The translations under genes were made by a program, and so were the position numbers. Shown here piece after piece: positions 1-11,642 of a stretch of DNA of 64,000 bases. Location: NCBI GenBank assembly GCA_039621445.1, contig CP154954.1, positions 36,627,703 through 36,691,702 of the forward strand, given 5' to 3'. Position 1 is the stretch's first letter; each line of letters begins with the position of its first letter. Origin of the DNA: Euglena gracilis. Its lineage: Eukaryota. The notes below the pieces were generated by a model. It saw only the letters and a program-made list of their open reading frames with translations. It made no database searches and had not been told where the DNA came from.

Positions 1-1980
1 AAATACCCTAAAATTGCCCAAAATGCCTTGTATGGATCCGCTTTGGATCACACTACCTCCTCGGCTTGTCACCCCCCATTCCCCCCTTGTGGTCACCCAC
101 CAAACCAGATTCCATGACCCCCGTGGGGTTGGAAACAAGGTTTGGTTGGTTGGCTGAAAGGATCAAAAAGGTTGCCCTTGAAATGTCCAATCCAACATTG
201 CTTTTTTCGAATATTGCAAGATCGCAACCCTGGTGAATGGGCTGAGGGGGCAATGACTTTGACAGGGTGGATGGGACAGGGGGTGCGGGGGGGGGGGGGA
301 CGAGGGGGAAACACCCAAAAGTCGAAATCATTGCCTCGAACCTCACGCAAGACAATGACACCAGAAAACCCATCAGACAATTGGGTGCTGTCTCATTGGG
401 GGTGGGTCGGGTCACGGGAGGGGGGGGTCAGGGGTGGGGTCACGGGGAGGGTCACGGGGGGAACACCACATTTTCTGTGGCCAAATTTGGAACAACCAAA
501 CCCAAAATTTTGGAAAAAATTCTACAAATTAGGAATTCCCACACCAAAATTAGGAATTTGACACCAAATTAAGAATCACCAACCCCAAATTTGAAAAATT
601 TGTGCGTCAAAATTAGGAATCTGCTTGAGAATTTAATCAAATTAGGCACCACCAGCCAAATTTCTTCCTGTAAAAATTTGGCCGAAATGGGTCGTAGGTC
701 GGGCCACAGGGGGGTCACGGGGGGGGGGGGGCACGAGGGGAACACCCCCATTGGTGAGAAGACAAGAGACGTTGGAACTCTTAAGGAGAAATGCCTATAA
801 CCTTGGCATGTTGGTTAACTTGGTTGTCAGGGGTGCTAAAACGAGAATGATGTCCAAAAAAAAAATGCTTTAAACACGTTTCACAAAAAGTCAGATTTGC
901 ATCGCAACTCAAATTTTTTCATCATCAATTTTCGCAGGGGGTGTTATGCGGGGGGAGGCTGTGGCCCAACTACCTCCACGCATTTTCTTTGACGTCACTC
1001 AAAATTGTGTGTGTTTTTTCTCTGGTTGATGAAAAAATGTGCCCCGCCAATATTTGGGACGCGGGGGGGGGGACGCAGGGGGGGACGCGGGGGGGGGACG
1101 CAGGGCAAACACCCCCGCAGTTCTCGAATCTGCTTTTCCATCCATCCACCCTGGCCAGGCCTGCTGCCACGTCAAGCCTAGCATATGTGACACACAACTT
1201 TTTTTTGTGATACATGATGGACAATTTTTTTTGGGTGATACACACTTAATGAATCAACCTTGACCCCATGCCCCCCTCCCACGATACGAGACACCGAACC
1301 TTGTCCATGGCCCTCCGGAGTCCCCCCCTAAACCCAGGTATGGGGGAGCGACATAACAATGCTATATATGTGTGTACATTTTGACATATTTCATATGTAG
1401 TCCAGTGTAGTTCATTTTTGGACCCCCAACCCCCTTGTCCAGTTCAGTTCCTGGCTCTTCCAGGGGGGTTCATAGGACCCACCCAGCGCCTGACCGGACA
1501 GGTGTATTTGCCAAAAATTGACCCCAAATGGCCGAATGGCCAAAGATGCCCTTATTTGCAAAATTTTTAACCCTCCCCCCCTATCAGTTGAGTTCGCCCA
1601 AATCTACATATGGGTCCAGCCCCCCCCCCCCCAAATACCTAGCCTCCCTTGGTGATGAAGGCAGCAAAAAAAAACAACAAAAGCACACCTGCAAGGAGCT
1701 TTGACGCATCCTCATTCCTGCATGATAAAAAAAAAGCCCTACAAGAACGATGGGGGGTGTCCGGACCCCCCCCTCCCGCGCCCCAACCTCCCTCTCCCCA
1801 CACTGTGCCCAGCTTCCCCAAGAAAAAAAAAACTCGAAAAAATCGCGACTTTTTTTTAGGCTAAAAAATAGCCCAAAATGACCGTTTCAGGGAAAAAATG
1901 GCAATTTTGGGGGCCGCGCGCTTGGCGTGCGGCCCAAAAAGCATTTTCTTTTCATCAAAAATGGTCCAAAAATGGCCGAG

Positions 1981-2191
1981 AAATGACAAATGAAGTAAAT
2001 GAAGTAAATGAAGTAAATGAAGTAAATGAGGTAAATGAAGTAAATGAGGTAAATGAAGTAAATGAGGTAAATGAGGTAAATGAGGTAAATGAGGTAAATG
2101 AGGTAAATGAAGTAAATGAAGTAAATGAGGTAAATGAAGTAAATGACATAAATGAGGTAAATGAGTAAATGAGGTAAATGAAGTAAATGAG
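1981..2191. repeat. 9-bp minisatellite (AAATGARGT)n, about 22 units
   Basis: Tandem array of aaatgaagt/aaatgaggt read directly. Confidence 0.95.
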
Positions 2192-2470
2192 TTTCACACC
2201 CGTAGGCACTAATCCGGCCGGCACATCGGAATAGCTAGGCCGGGGGTTGCAACGGGAACCCCCAATCGGTTTCCAGTTTTAGGGCCAAAACACGGTTTGC
2301 CATAGGCCCAAGTATGGGGACCAGGCTGTACTGACATTTGGGGTCGTCTTCCACCCCTCCGAAACTGTCGCTATCTTGCTAGTTTTTTGATATCCGCATG
2401 TGTTTCACACCCGTAGGCACTAATCCGGCCGGCACATCGGAATAGCTAGGCCGGGGGTTGCAATGGGAAA
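2190..2470. repeat. Direct repeat pair of about 70 bp (2190-2260 and 2402-2470)
   Basis: gtttcacacccgtaggcactaatccggccggcacatcggaatagctaggccgggggttgcaa occurs twice. Confidence 0.85.
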
Positions 2471-3042
2471 CCGATTTCAGGACGCGTGCTGCCCGCGCGG
2501 CCGCCCTTGGACCCCGCCGCTCGCCCCCCCCCCCCCCCACCATGCCAAGCCTCCTGAAGGGCAATGCCTCGTTATTTGGGGGGTTTACATTTTTTGTCAA
2601 CACCTTTGATGATAACTTTTGGAACCGCCTCCCTGTATAATTTTTCTTATTTTTTTGAACAAAGCAAATAATGAGTGGGCAGTGCCCAAATAACGGGGCG
2701 GGGGGGGGGGAAGGCCGAAAAAGATGGTTCCAACAACGGGGAACCCTCAGTTTTTTTGGTCCAAGAGGTTAGTGAGGACGAAAATATTCCACAATTCTTG
2801 CCTGCCGCGAGCACATACATGTACATGTGTATACAAACATGCATGCGTATCTGTGTGTATGGCAGGGATTTACCAGTTATCCCCCTAGGGGGGTCCATTG
2901 GTAGTAAAAATCGGGGCAGGATCCAACGTTTGATGATGGCAGGTAGTGCCCAAATAACGGGGCAGGGGGGGAGGTCAAAAAGGTTCATTTGTCTGTAGTG
3001 AGTCAAAAGGATTCGTTAATGTGCAATGAGTACCTTGCCATC

Positions 3043-3123
3043 GGTCAGATGGTCAAGTGGTCAAAGACGCCAGCTTCAAACGCTGGTCTCCTCCAGGCGT
3101 GGGCTCAAATCCCACTCTGATCA
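3043..3123 (+). tRNA. tRNA-Leu(CAA)-like gene, possibly a pseudogene
   Basis: Folds by hand: acceptor GGTCAGA/TCTGATC+A, D stem GTC/GAC, anticodon stem CCAGC/GCTGG with loop TTCAAAC (CAA at 3077-3079), long variable arm, T stem GTGGG/CCCAC with a non-canonical loop CTCAAAT. Confidence 0.75.
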
Positions 3124-3167
3124 TTCTTTATTCACCAAAAATGGATTCCTCATCCAGTTGGGGAAAA

Positions 3168-3247
3168 TGATCAGAGTGGAATTTGAACCCACGCCCCCGG
3201 AGACCAGCATTTGAAGCTGGCGTCTTTGACCACCTGACCATCTGACC
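3168..3247 (-). tRNA. tRNA-Leu(CAA)-like gene, second convergent copy
   Basis: Reverse complement GGTCAGATGGTCAGGTGGTCAAAGACGCCAGCTTCAAATGCTGGTCTCCGGGGGCGTGGGTTCAAATTCCACTCTGATCA, followed by TTTT (Pol III terminator-like). Confidence 0.8.
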
Positions 3248-6200
3248 GATGACTATCAACAAAGCACATATCATAACTTATAGCTAACCCCTCCAAATTC
3301 TGCCCCCCGTCCCAAAATACGGTGCCTCCTGGACCCCTCACTTTTGACAGGGTTCCAAAAAATATTTGCCGCCCGGGTACAAATTTTTGCCACAAATCCC
3401 ATCACTTTTGCCCTTGAGACCCGAAACTTTTGCCGACTGTAAAATTTTTTTTTTCCGTTAATGTGAAAAGGAAACATTCAACAGAATCAGCATAAATTAA
3501 CAGAAATACGACAAATAAATGTGATCATCAATCCAAATAATACCAATTGAAATTTCACAGGATGTTGCAGACAGCTCTCCAGAAGGAATTTGTTTGATAC
3601 CCAACAAAAAAAACCTTCAACTGTGTTTGGGGAAAGAATGAGAGGTGCGGATGAATGCCTAAACAGTAAAAATCAACAGCAACGTAATGGTTGTGATTCA
3701 CACGAGAGAGTTTGGGGGGTGGTGCGGGTCACAGGGGGGTCACGGGGGGGGGGGGTCACGGGGGGGTCACAGGGGAATTATGCCACTTTGGAGGTAGACG
3801 GGAGGCAGCATCCATGACGTTGCATCCCATCATGAGAACGGCAGCGCGCGTCCTAAAATCGGCGATTTTCGGGTCCAAAAAGTGGTCATTTTTGGTCATT
3901 TTGGCCATTTTTGAACAAAAAAAATGCATTTTTGTATGTTTTTAAGCCCTGCCTTTCAGCTATTTTACAAAAACAAACAAAACGCAAACAAAAATTTTTT
4001 GATTTCATGTGAAGATTTTTTTGTGAAGAAAGAAAGCAAGACACTGTTTTGCTCATGTAGCATGACTTTTTTGAGAAAAATATGGACATTTAAAGTCATG
4101 GGCAGTCCCCCCCCCCCCGCCGCAGGGCCCTCCCTTTGGGTCCGAAAGTGGTCATTTTGGGGGTGAGTTTATGTCGAAAATTGGTCCTTTTTTTGGAAGG
4201 GAATTTTGTTGGAAGGTAATTTTCTTGACCGTCCCATTTTTTGGGATGCGTGTTGGGCCATTTTTGACAAAATTCCATTTGGGTGTGGAAATGCACCAAC
4301 TTTTGGCACTTTTTTTTAGGGGACAAGAGTTTTGGCCATTTTTGGGTGTGAAGGTGCGTTGGACGTTGGGTGCCAAAAAGGGGTTTGGTTGTCCAAATGG
4401 TGGGGTGAGGACAATTCTTTTCTGTTCTTTTGGGAGGGTTTTCTTCCACAAAAAATTTCATGTTCCCCCTCCCCCTCCTTTTTGCCATGAAATTCTTTCC
4501 TCCTCGCAATCTCCCCTTTTGCCAATGGGGCATATTTTGGGTCAAAATTTTGCCATTGTTTGTAGGGGTGGAACATTCTGTGGAACATTGTGGAACATTC
4601 TGAGCAGACATTTCAACTGAAAATGGCGGGAGAATGTTTTTGGAGGTGGCAAAAATTTGGAGGACAGAGGCAAAAATTCGAGGTTTTTTGGGCAAAAGAG
4701 AATGGACAGGGGGCAGCGTTTTTTGGACGGGGGGCAAAAATTTTGAAATGAGTGTGCAAATTTTTTTGGGACGGGAGGCAGAAAAAAGGAGAGACCGGGC
4801 AAAATATAGTGAGTGTTAGCTATAATGTGACCCTCACCCCCAGGGTCACTCATTTCAATTGTCATATTTGTATCATGGTTCGGCGTGCCGTGCCGAGGGG
4901 GTCGGCCGACCAAGGGGGGGGGGGCACCCATTTTGCCGTGCCGAGGGCACCATGAACTTCGGCTCGGAGTGTTCCTCCTAGGCCGCTTTCCAAAACACAC
5001 ACGCAGCAAGAAGTGATCTACATTATCCTTCTCACCAAAAAAGTCGAGGACGTGGAACAAGGACTGATGGGCAAAGCACCCGTCTACACATTGTCTCCTC
5101 TCCAGTGACACAAAAGATTTCAAACTATGTCTGTGATGAAGAACCACAGAAGGGTCACTGGATTGAACGTATACATCCGGAACGGGTCCGACCCCCAGGG
5201 GGGGCGGTGGTATACCTTTATGCCAGTAACGGGTTCAGCCCACCCCCCCCATTCCCCATTGACCAATTATTTGACCCCCCTAATTGGCCAATTGCCTCCA
5301 GGACCTGTGGTGCAGAAGTAATTTTTTCTCGGGGGGGGGCTTGACTTGACAAGGTTGAATAATCATTGTTTTTTTTCCCGCCGCCCTTCGGGCAGAGAGA
5401 CCGTAGTTGGGTGTGACAAAAAAATGTGCAATGGAGGCCAGGTAGTCCACTTCGGGACCCCGGGACCCGGCTCCCCCGCTGTTCAGTTCACTTCGGAAGT
5501 GAACAGGTGGGACCCGAGACCCCCCCGTGTGTAGATGTACCACCTCCCCCCCCCCTAATTGACCGTGGGACCTCTCCACGGGACCCCCCTTTTGGTCAAT
5601 TAGGGGGGGGGTTCAATTAGGGGGGGGTTGGTCAATTAGGGGGGGGTACCATCAATTAGGGGGTGCTTCAGCACGGAATCCCCCCGGGTAGTCAATTAGG
5701 GGGGGGGGTCGAAAAATTTTTCCCCGGGGCGATCGGTCAATTAGGGGGGGGGGAGGTGGTACCTGCGAAATCCGGAACGACAGGCGAACACCGAAAAGGG
5801 CTTTTTCAAAAAATTTTCGGCGGACCCCCCCCTCCAGGAAGTCAACATGTCCAGTTCAGTTCGGAAATGAACAGGGGGTTCCCAGCCCCCCCCCCCCCCG
5901 GACACTTGGCCCCAATGGAGTGCAATGGCAGTCGAGTTCGGGCCCCAAAACCCCCCTCCCCCCCTTGTCTGGTTGAGTTCGGAACTCGACAGGGGGTCCC
6001 ACGAGCCCCCCCCCGTCTAACCAATCTAGACACCGGAGAACAGGCGGTAAGGTGAAGTTCAGGACCTGCACCCCTTTGTTGGCCAAAATGGCCAACAAAT
6101 GACAAGTTTTCGAAAAAATTCCATGAACCATTAACCTCAAAATGGCCATTTTGGGAGAAAAGGGAGCAAAATTTCACCCATCAAAATTTCACCCCCATCA

Positions 6201-7868
6201 AATCGCCGAAGTTCACTTGTGAACTTCACCGGTGAACTTCACCGTTGAGCATCCCCCCCCTGGTGAACGTTCACCGGTGAACTTCACCGAGGCTAAGCGC
6301 GCCGCTCGGGGTGGGGGGGTCCGGGACGCTTCCCCCCCACGCGCCCCTGCGCGGCCGCTTGCGCAGCTGCTCGCCCCCCCCCCCCCTCCCCATTGGGGGG
6401 TTGGTACGCCGTGGCGAGGGGGTCCGAATGGGAGGGTAAATGGCGTGGCGAGGGGGTCGGCGACCGGGGGGGGGGGCTGTACCTTCAAAAAATCGTGAAA
6501 ATCCCCGGTGGTGTGGCGAGGGGGTCCGGCTGGGGGGGTAAATGGCGTGGCGAGGCCTTCAGAGAGGGGGGGGGAGGGGTGTACCAATCCCCCATTGTGC
6601 CTAGCATCCCATGAAAAAAAGTTGTCGCAAAAAATTCGCGATTTTTTTGAGGCCCAAAAATGGTGAAAAATGACCATTTTTGGAGAAATGGTCAAAAATG
6701 GATATTTTTGGACTTTTTGGACATAAAATGGACATGTTAGGGGCCGCGCGCAAAGCGCGCGGCCCAAAGGAGGCTTGGTAGTCAAGTTCGGGTCGCCGAA
6801 CCCCCCCTCCCCCCCCTGTCCGGTTAAGTTCAGACCTCGACAGGAGGGTCCCGCAGCCCCCGGTACTTGGCCCCCCCACAAAATTTTTTTGATCAAAAAT
6901 TGCACTTTTTGGACCCAAAAATCACCGATTTTGGGACGCGTGCCGCCAGCGGCCGCCCTCGGACCCCCCTCCCCCCCTCCCCCCCGCGCGGCCGCTCGCC
7001 CCCCTCAGTCCTCTCGTGAAAGGACTACTCATTCATCCAAAAAAAAAGGGTCCTAAACAAATCCACCGTGAAGTTGTTCCTTTCGGCGAAAGGGTCCTGC
7101 GTTTTAGGGTTTTGGCACCTCGCTGCCTTTCAATGTGGATAGGGGTAATATTGGCATCTTCCCGGTTTTAGGGGGTGTTCCCACTCTGAAGCCGATTCCA
7201 AAAAGTACAAAAAACTCCCATTAATTAGGAATCTGCCACTCAATTAGGAATCAAAAGTGTGTCACAAATTCCTAATTAGACCTATTTTTGGACCCAAATG
7301 GCACGCAAAATTCCTAATAAGGATCTAAAATGGAAAGAATGACATCACACAAGTCACACATGACCTATCAAAAAACCCATTTCCCCCCGCGACACCCCCC
7401 GCGACCCTCCCCCGCGACCCCAACACCCCCTTAGGTGCCTTGTTGGTACCTTGTGGGTCATCTTTGCTGGGTTGTGGGGGAAGTTGTTGGGATGATCCGT
7501 GTTGATTTAGCTTGAATAGGGAGAGTGAGTGCCCGTTGGGGGGGTGTCGCCATTTGCAAACGGCTCGGTTTAGAAGCACCACACAAATTGTTCAGATATC
7601 TCCTTGGCCAATGTCAAGGAACAGGGTTGTTTGGTGAACCAATCTTCGGTTAATCGACCACGACCCCCCTGGTTAGTCGATCGACCAAGGCCCAATCGGT
7701 TAATGCCAATCGGCTCAATCTTTGTTCGGATGAACCTGGGGCCTCTTGGCATTATTGGGAAATAAACAAATCCCATGGAATTTTCAGCTTCCTGCTTGTG
7801 CACGCCATTAATCGGTTAATCGATCGAGGACCCCGGTTGACCACGGTTAATCGACTAGTTGCAAAAGG

Positions 7869-8299
7869 CAGGGCTGGATAGAGGTAGAGGTAGAGGTCAA
7901 AGTCCTCTACCTCTATCTGACCCACCTCTACCTCTACCTCTACCTCTATGTCACCTCTATGTCCATAAAATGTCATAAAATGGCACCAATAAGGGCCACA
8001 AAAGGCTCCAAATGCCTCAAATTTGGCAAATTAGCATCTCAACACATCTTATTTAGGTTAGGAATGAGAAAAAATATCCGGATGGGTGGTTTCAAAAATT
8101 GCCATAAGAGATTTGTGACAAGAATGGCCAATTTCTGATTTTTCCATAAAATTGCCTTCGTTCGGCATAAATTTTCTTTGATAAGCCACTTCCCTTAGAA
8201 GTTTGACATTGAGGTGACATAGAGGGATAGTAGAGGTAGAGGTGACCTCTACCTCTACCTCTACCTCTACCTCTATCCCTCTACCTCTATCCAGCCCTG
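7869..8299. mobile_element. hAT-like MITE with (GGTAGA)n subterminal repeats
   Basis: TIR CAGGGCTGGATAGAGGTAGAG / CTCTACCTCTATCCAGCCCTG, flanked by the direct repeat CAAAAGG. Confidence 0.75.
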
Positions 8300-9636
8300 C
8301 AAAAGGTCCGGTTAACTCATCAACCCTGCAAGGAAAAAAAAAAAAAAGGGCCTGCAAGACATCTGCTCGGTTTGGCGTTGCTGCAACCAAAAGCAATACC
8401 TTGAGGAGGGGGGCATCGGGGCGATGGCAGTACAGTTGGGGTTTTTTGGGGACCCCCCCCTCCCCCCCCCTGTACAGTTGGGATTTTTGGGACCCCCCCC
8501 CCCCCCTAGTGCCGAACGGTCAGAGACAGATGGCCTTTTTGGACCAAAAATGGCTTTTTTGGACCAAAAAAAGGCCATAAAAATTTTTTCCGGCGCCTTC
8601 GGCGCCGGTTTTTGGCCAATTTTTGAGGGGGGGGGTTGGCAGTACAGTTGGGACCCAGGACCCTCCCCCCCCCTGTGTTGAGACAGTACAGCAAAAAGTG
8701 CCAAAAAATGCAAAAAAATCAGACCTCGGGACCCCCCCTCCCCCCCCCCTGCCAAAGCCCCATCAGGGTTGGCCCTCTTGGCCCTGTCCCAAAACCAAAT
8801 ATTTCTGAAATGAAATATTTTCCCAATCTTTCGAAAGATACCCAATGGAGACTAGGCACGGTGGGGAGCGGGTAGCGCAGCTTCACCCAAAGCGTGCCCC
8901 GGGCCCAGGGAATCGTTTCTTTTGGCCCTCGCCACAAGGAGAACCTTCATGACTCCCCGTGCGTCCATGGGTCGACGGTGTGTATTCGATGGGATATCTA
9001 AAAAGAGCGTCCTGAGTGCTGAAGTGGTCAGAGGAAAACGGGCAAAGCCGAGGCGGAGATTGGGCCTGGCCCACAATATATGGGGGGGGGGACGCTGTGT
9101 GGCTGTGGCTGAATGCCCGTTGAGGACCCTTTCTTTGCAGAAGAATAGACGGGGGTGGGGCGAACCGAATCCACTGACCAGTGGCTCAGCTTCAGTTCAG
9201 GGGAGTCAGGCTATGTACAAAAGGTATAGGGATGGGGCAGTGATGAGAGGTGTTCAAAACACGTCCCGGGGAGGTTGGGTTCTGCTGTGGCTTTGGAACG
9301 GTTCATGAAGGGGCACAAGGTGCCAGCCTTAATATATGTGGAGGGAGGGAGGGAGGGGGAGGTTGTGTGGCGCGGGTGCCCAGCCTTGTGGCATGGTTGC
9401 GTGCCACGCACTGTTTGCATTGGGTTGGATTGTATTCTATTGGGACAATGGTGTTGAGGTTTGGTGACTTTGCTGCCCAGCCTTGCGACGTCCTTGCCGT
9501 CGTTTGCAGGGTTGCGGTGAAATGCGGCGTGTATTTAGTTTGAGTAGGGAGAGTGAGAGCCTGTGGAGGAGGTGTCGGCATTTGCAGATAGTTCAGTTTA
9601 GAAGCACCACACAAGTTGTTTCGATATCTCTTTGGC

Positions 9637-9879
9637 TAACCGCCCCCCCCCCCCTAATAGAAGCACGGGTGCGCTTATAGGGGACCGCCGCCTCCGGCGG
9701 CGGGGGGTGCGCTTCTATTTGGACCCTACCTGCGCGGTTATTGTTGATTTCCTTTAGAAATCCCATCAAAATGGGGGGGGTGTGCTTGTAGCGGACCGCC
9801 GCCTTCGGCGGCGGGGGGTGCGCTTTTATTTGGACCCTGAGCTTGTAGCGGCCCCGTGCTTCTATTAGGGAGGGGTTTA
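9637..9879. mobile_element. TA-flanked MITE (Tc1/mariner-like)
   Basis: TIR containing CCCTAATAGAAGCACGGG / CCCGTGCTTCTATTAGGG, TA on both sides. It interrupts a sequence whose uninterrupted paralogue lies at about 7500-7650. Confidence 0.65.
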
Positions 9880-11399
9880 GTGTCAAGGAGAGGCCTAAGA
9901 AAAGGAAAATGGTGGTGGGCGAACCGAATCCACCGACCAGTGGCACAGCCTACTGGGTTTGCAGGAGAGGGGGCTATGTACCCCCCCCCCCCCCCCACAA
10001 TTGACACCCCCCCATAATTGACACCCCCCCCCCCGACCGAAAATTTTTTCAGCCGCTCGCGTCCACGGACCAAGGGGTTTGTCAGGAGTCCCTTGTATTT
10101 TGCCTTGTCTGTTCGGACCCCCCCCATAATTGACACCCCCCCATAATTGACACTACCTGGGGTATGGTAGTAGTGAGTGGGGATAAGAGATTAGGAGAGG
10201 TCGGCTCGCGCCGCTGGTTCGTGATCCGCGGTAGAGGTCAGCTCAAAGGAAGGACGGGACGCGGTGGGTGCTTGCCAGGACTTTTTTTTTTGGCACGGCT
10301 CGGCACAGCTCGGCACGGCTCGGCTCGGCACGGCTCGTGCGTGTCTCGCACGTGTTGTGCCCGCGCTTCGCCCGTGCGAGCGCGTTGCCTGTGTCGGCGT
10401 GCTGTCCTTTGCCGTCGGGACGGGTCACAACGAGCCGTTGCACCCGTTGTACCTGTCACTTTTTGGTTTCACTTCGATTCCCGCTGGCCTTGCCCTGAGG
10501 GGCGTGGGCCCTTTTGTGTTTTTTTTTGGTGCTGGAGGGGCTACCTCCTGCCAGGCTCGCGGTTGGGAGCATTGAATGCGAACGGGACCCACATTTGTCC
10601 CATTACTCTTGCTCACCCATCCAGATCCATGGGTGAGACTACCATCACGGTGCCGGTTTGTCGACGTCTTGGGCTCCTGGATCTGGCCTGGGGGGGGTTG
10701 TGGGGGTCGACCATGGTCGGCCCACGGTCGCCTCGGTCGCCCTTGGTCGCCCTTGGTCGCCCTTGGTTGTGGGGGGGGTCGACCGAGAAGGTTGTGGGGG
10801 TCGACTGAGGACGACCATGGTCGACCCGTTTTGGGGGGCAAATCCCATTTGTTGCCCAATTGTTTGAGGGCCCCAAAATAACAAAATCCCTTGTGTTACC
10901 CACCCGTTTTGGGGGGCAAATCTCTTTTGTTGCCCGACTATCCGAGGGGGCCCCAAAACAACAAAACACCTTGTGTTACCCACCCGTTTTAGGGGACAAA
11001 TCCCCAGTGTAACCCAACTGTTTTCGGGGGCAAATCGCCTTTGCTACCAAAACAAGAAACCTCCTTGTGTTTGCCCCCCCAAGATAGGTGGGTAACACAA
11101 GGGATGTTGCTATTTTGGGGCTCTCGAACAGTTGGGCAACATAGGGGATTTGCCCTGTAAAACGGGTGGGCAACACAAGGGGCAACACAAAAACGTAAAA
11201 CGGGTGGGCAAAACCTGTAAAACGGGTGGGCAACACATATTTGTTATTCTCGGCCCTCGACCAGTTGGGTCCCCTCGAGTAGTTGAGCAACAAAAGGGAT
11301 CTGTCCCCCAAAACGGGTTGAAAACATTTTTGTTGTTCTTGTGGCCCGCGAACGGTCCAGGACCCTTTCGCAGAAATGCTCGCGATTTATGGGAATTCC

Positions 11400-11423
11400 T
11401 CATTCATTTTTTGCAAACAGGTG
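11400..11423 (+). promoter_or_regulatory. Putative spliced-leader trans-splice acceptor of ATPTB1
   Basis: Pyrimidine tract plus CAG (AG at 11419-11420) 3 nt upstream of the ATG. SL trans-splicing is established for euglenozoa; its use at this site is inferred. Confidence 0.5.
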
Positions 11424-11642
11424 ATGACGGCCGTAGTGAAGAATTTGGCGAAGTTGCCTGCGGCAACCTCCCAAATTCTCACCAATGTTTCCAAGCTCCA
11501 GACATTCCACGGATTACTTGAGGAACGTCGTGACAAATATGCACCTTTGGCCTACCACACGTACGACAATTTGAAACAGAAAACAACTTGGCACCCCATT
11601 GCGCACGCTTGGGTGGATGAGGGGCTTCCAGTCAGCAAAAAG
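11424..11642 (+). CDS. ATPTB1: ATPTB1 exon 1
   Basis: MTAVVKNL...WVDEGLPVSKK, then GT donor, phase 0. Confidence 0.88.

Noticed and set aside
1878-2224. (NEV)n / (FTS)n repeat protein ORFs
   Set aside because: Translation of a 9-bp minisatellite; no other coding evidence.
3070-3086. Possible UCA anticodon (Sec or opal suppressor tRNA) from CTTCAAA
   Set aside because: The 5-bp stem CCAGC/GCTGG places CAA, not TCA, at positions 34-36, and the acceptor and T stems are standard length.
4960-5190. Possible exon (coding-like composition after TAG)
   Set aside because: Stops in the + strand frames and no recognisable motif on either strand; cannot be supported.
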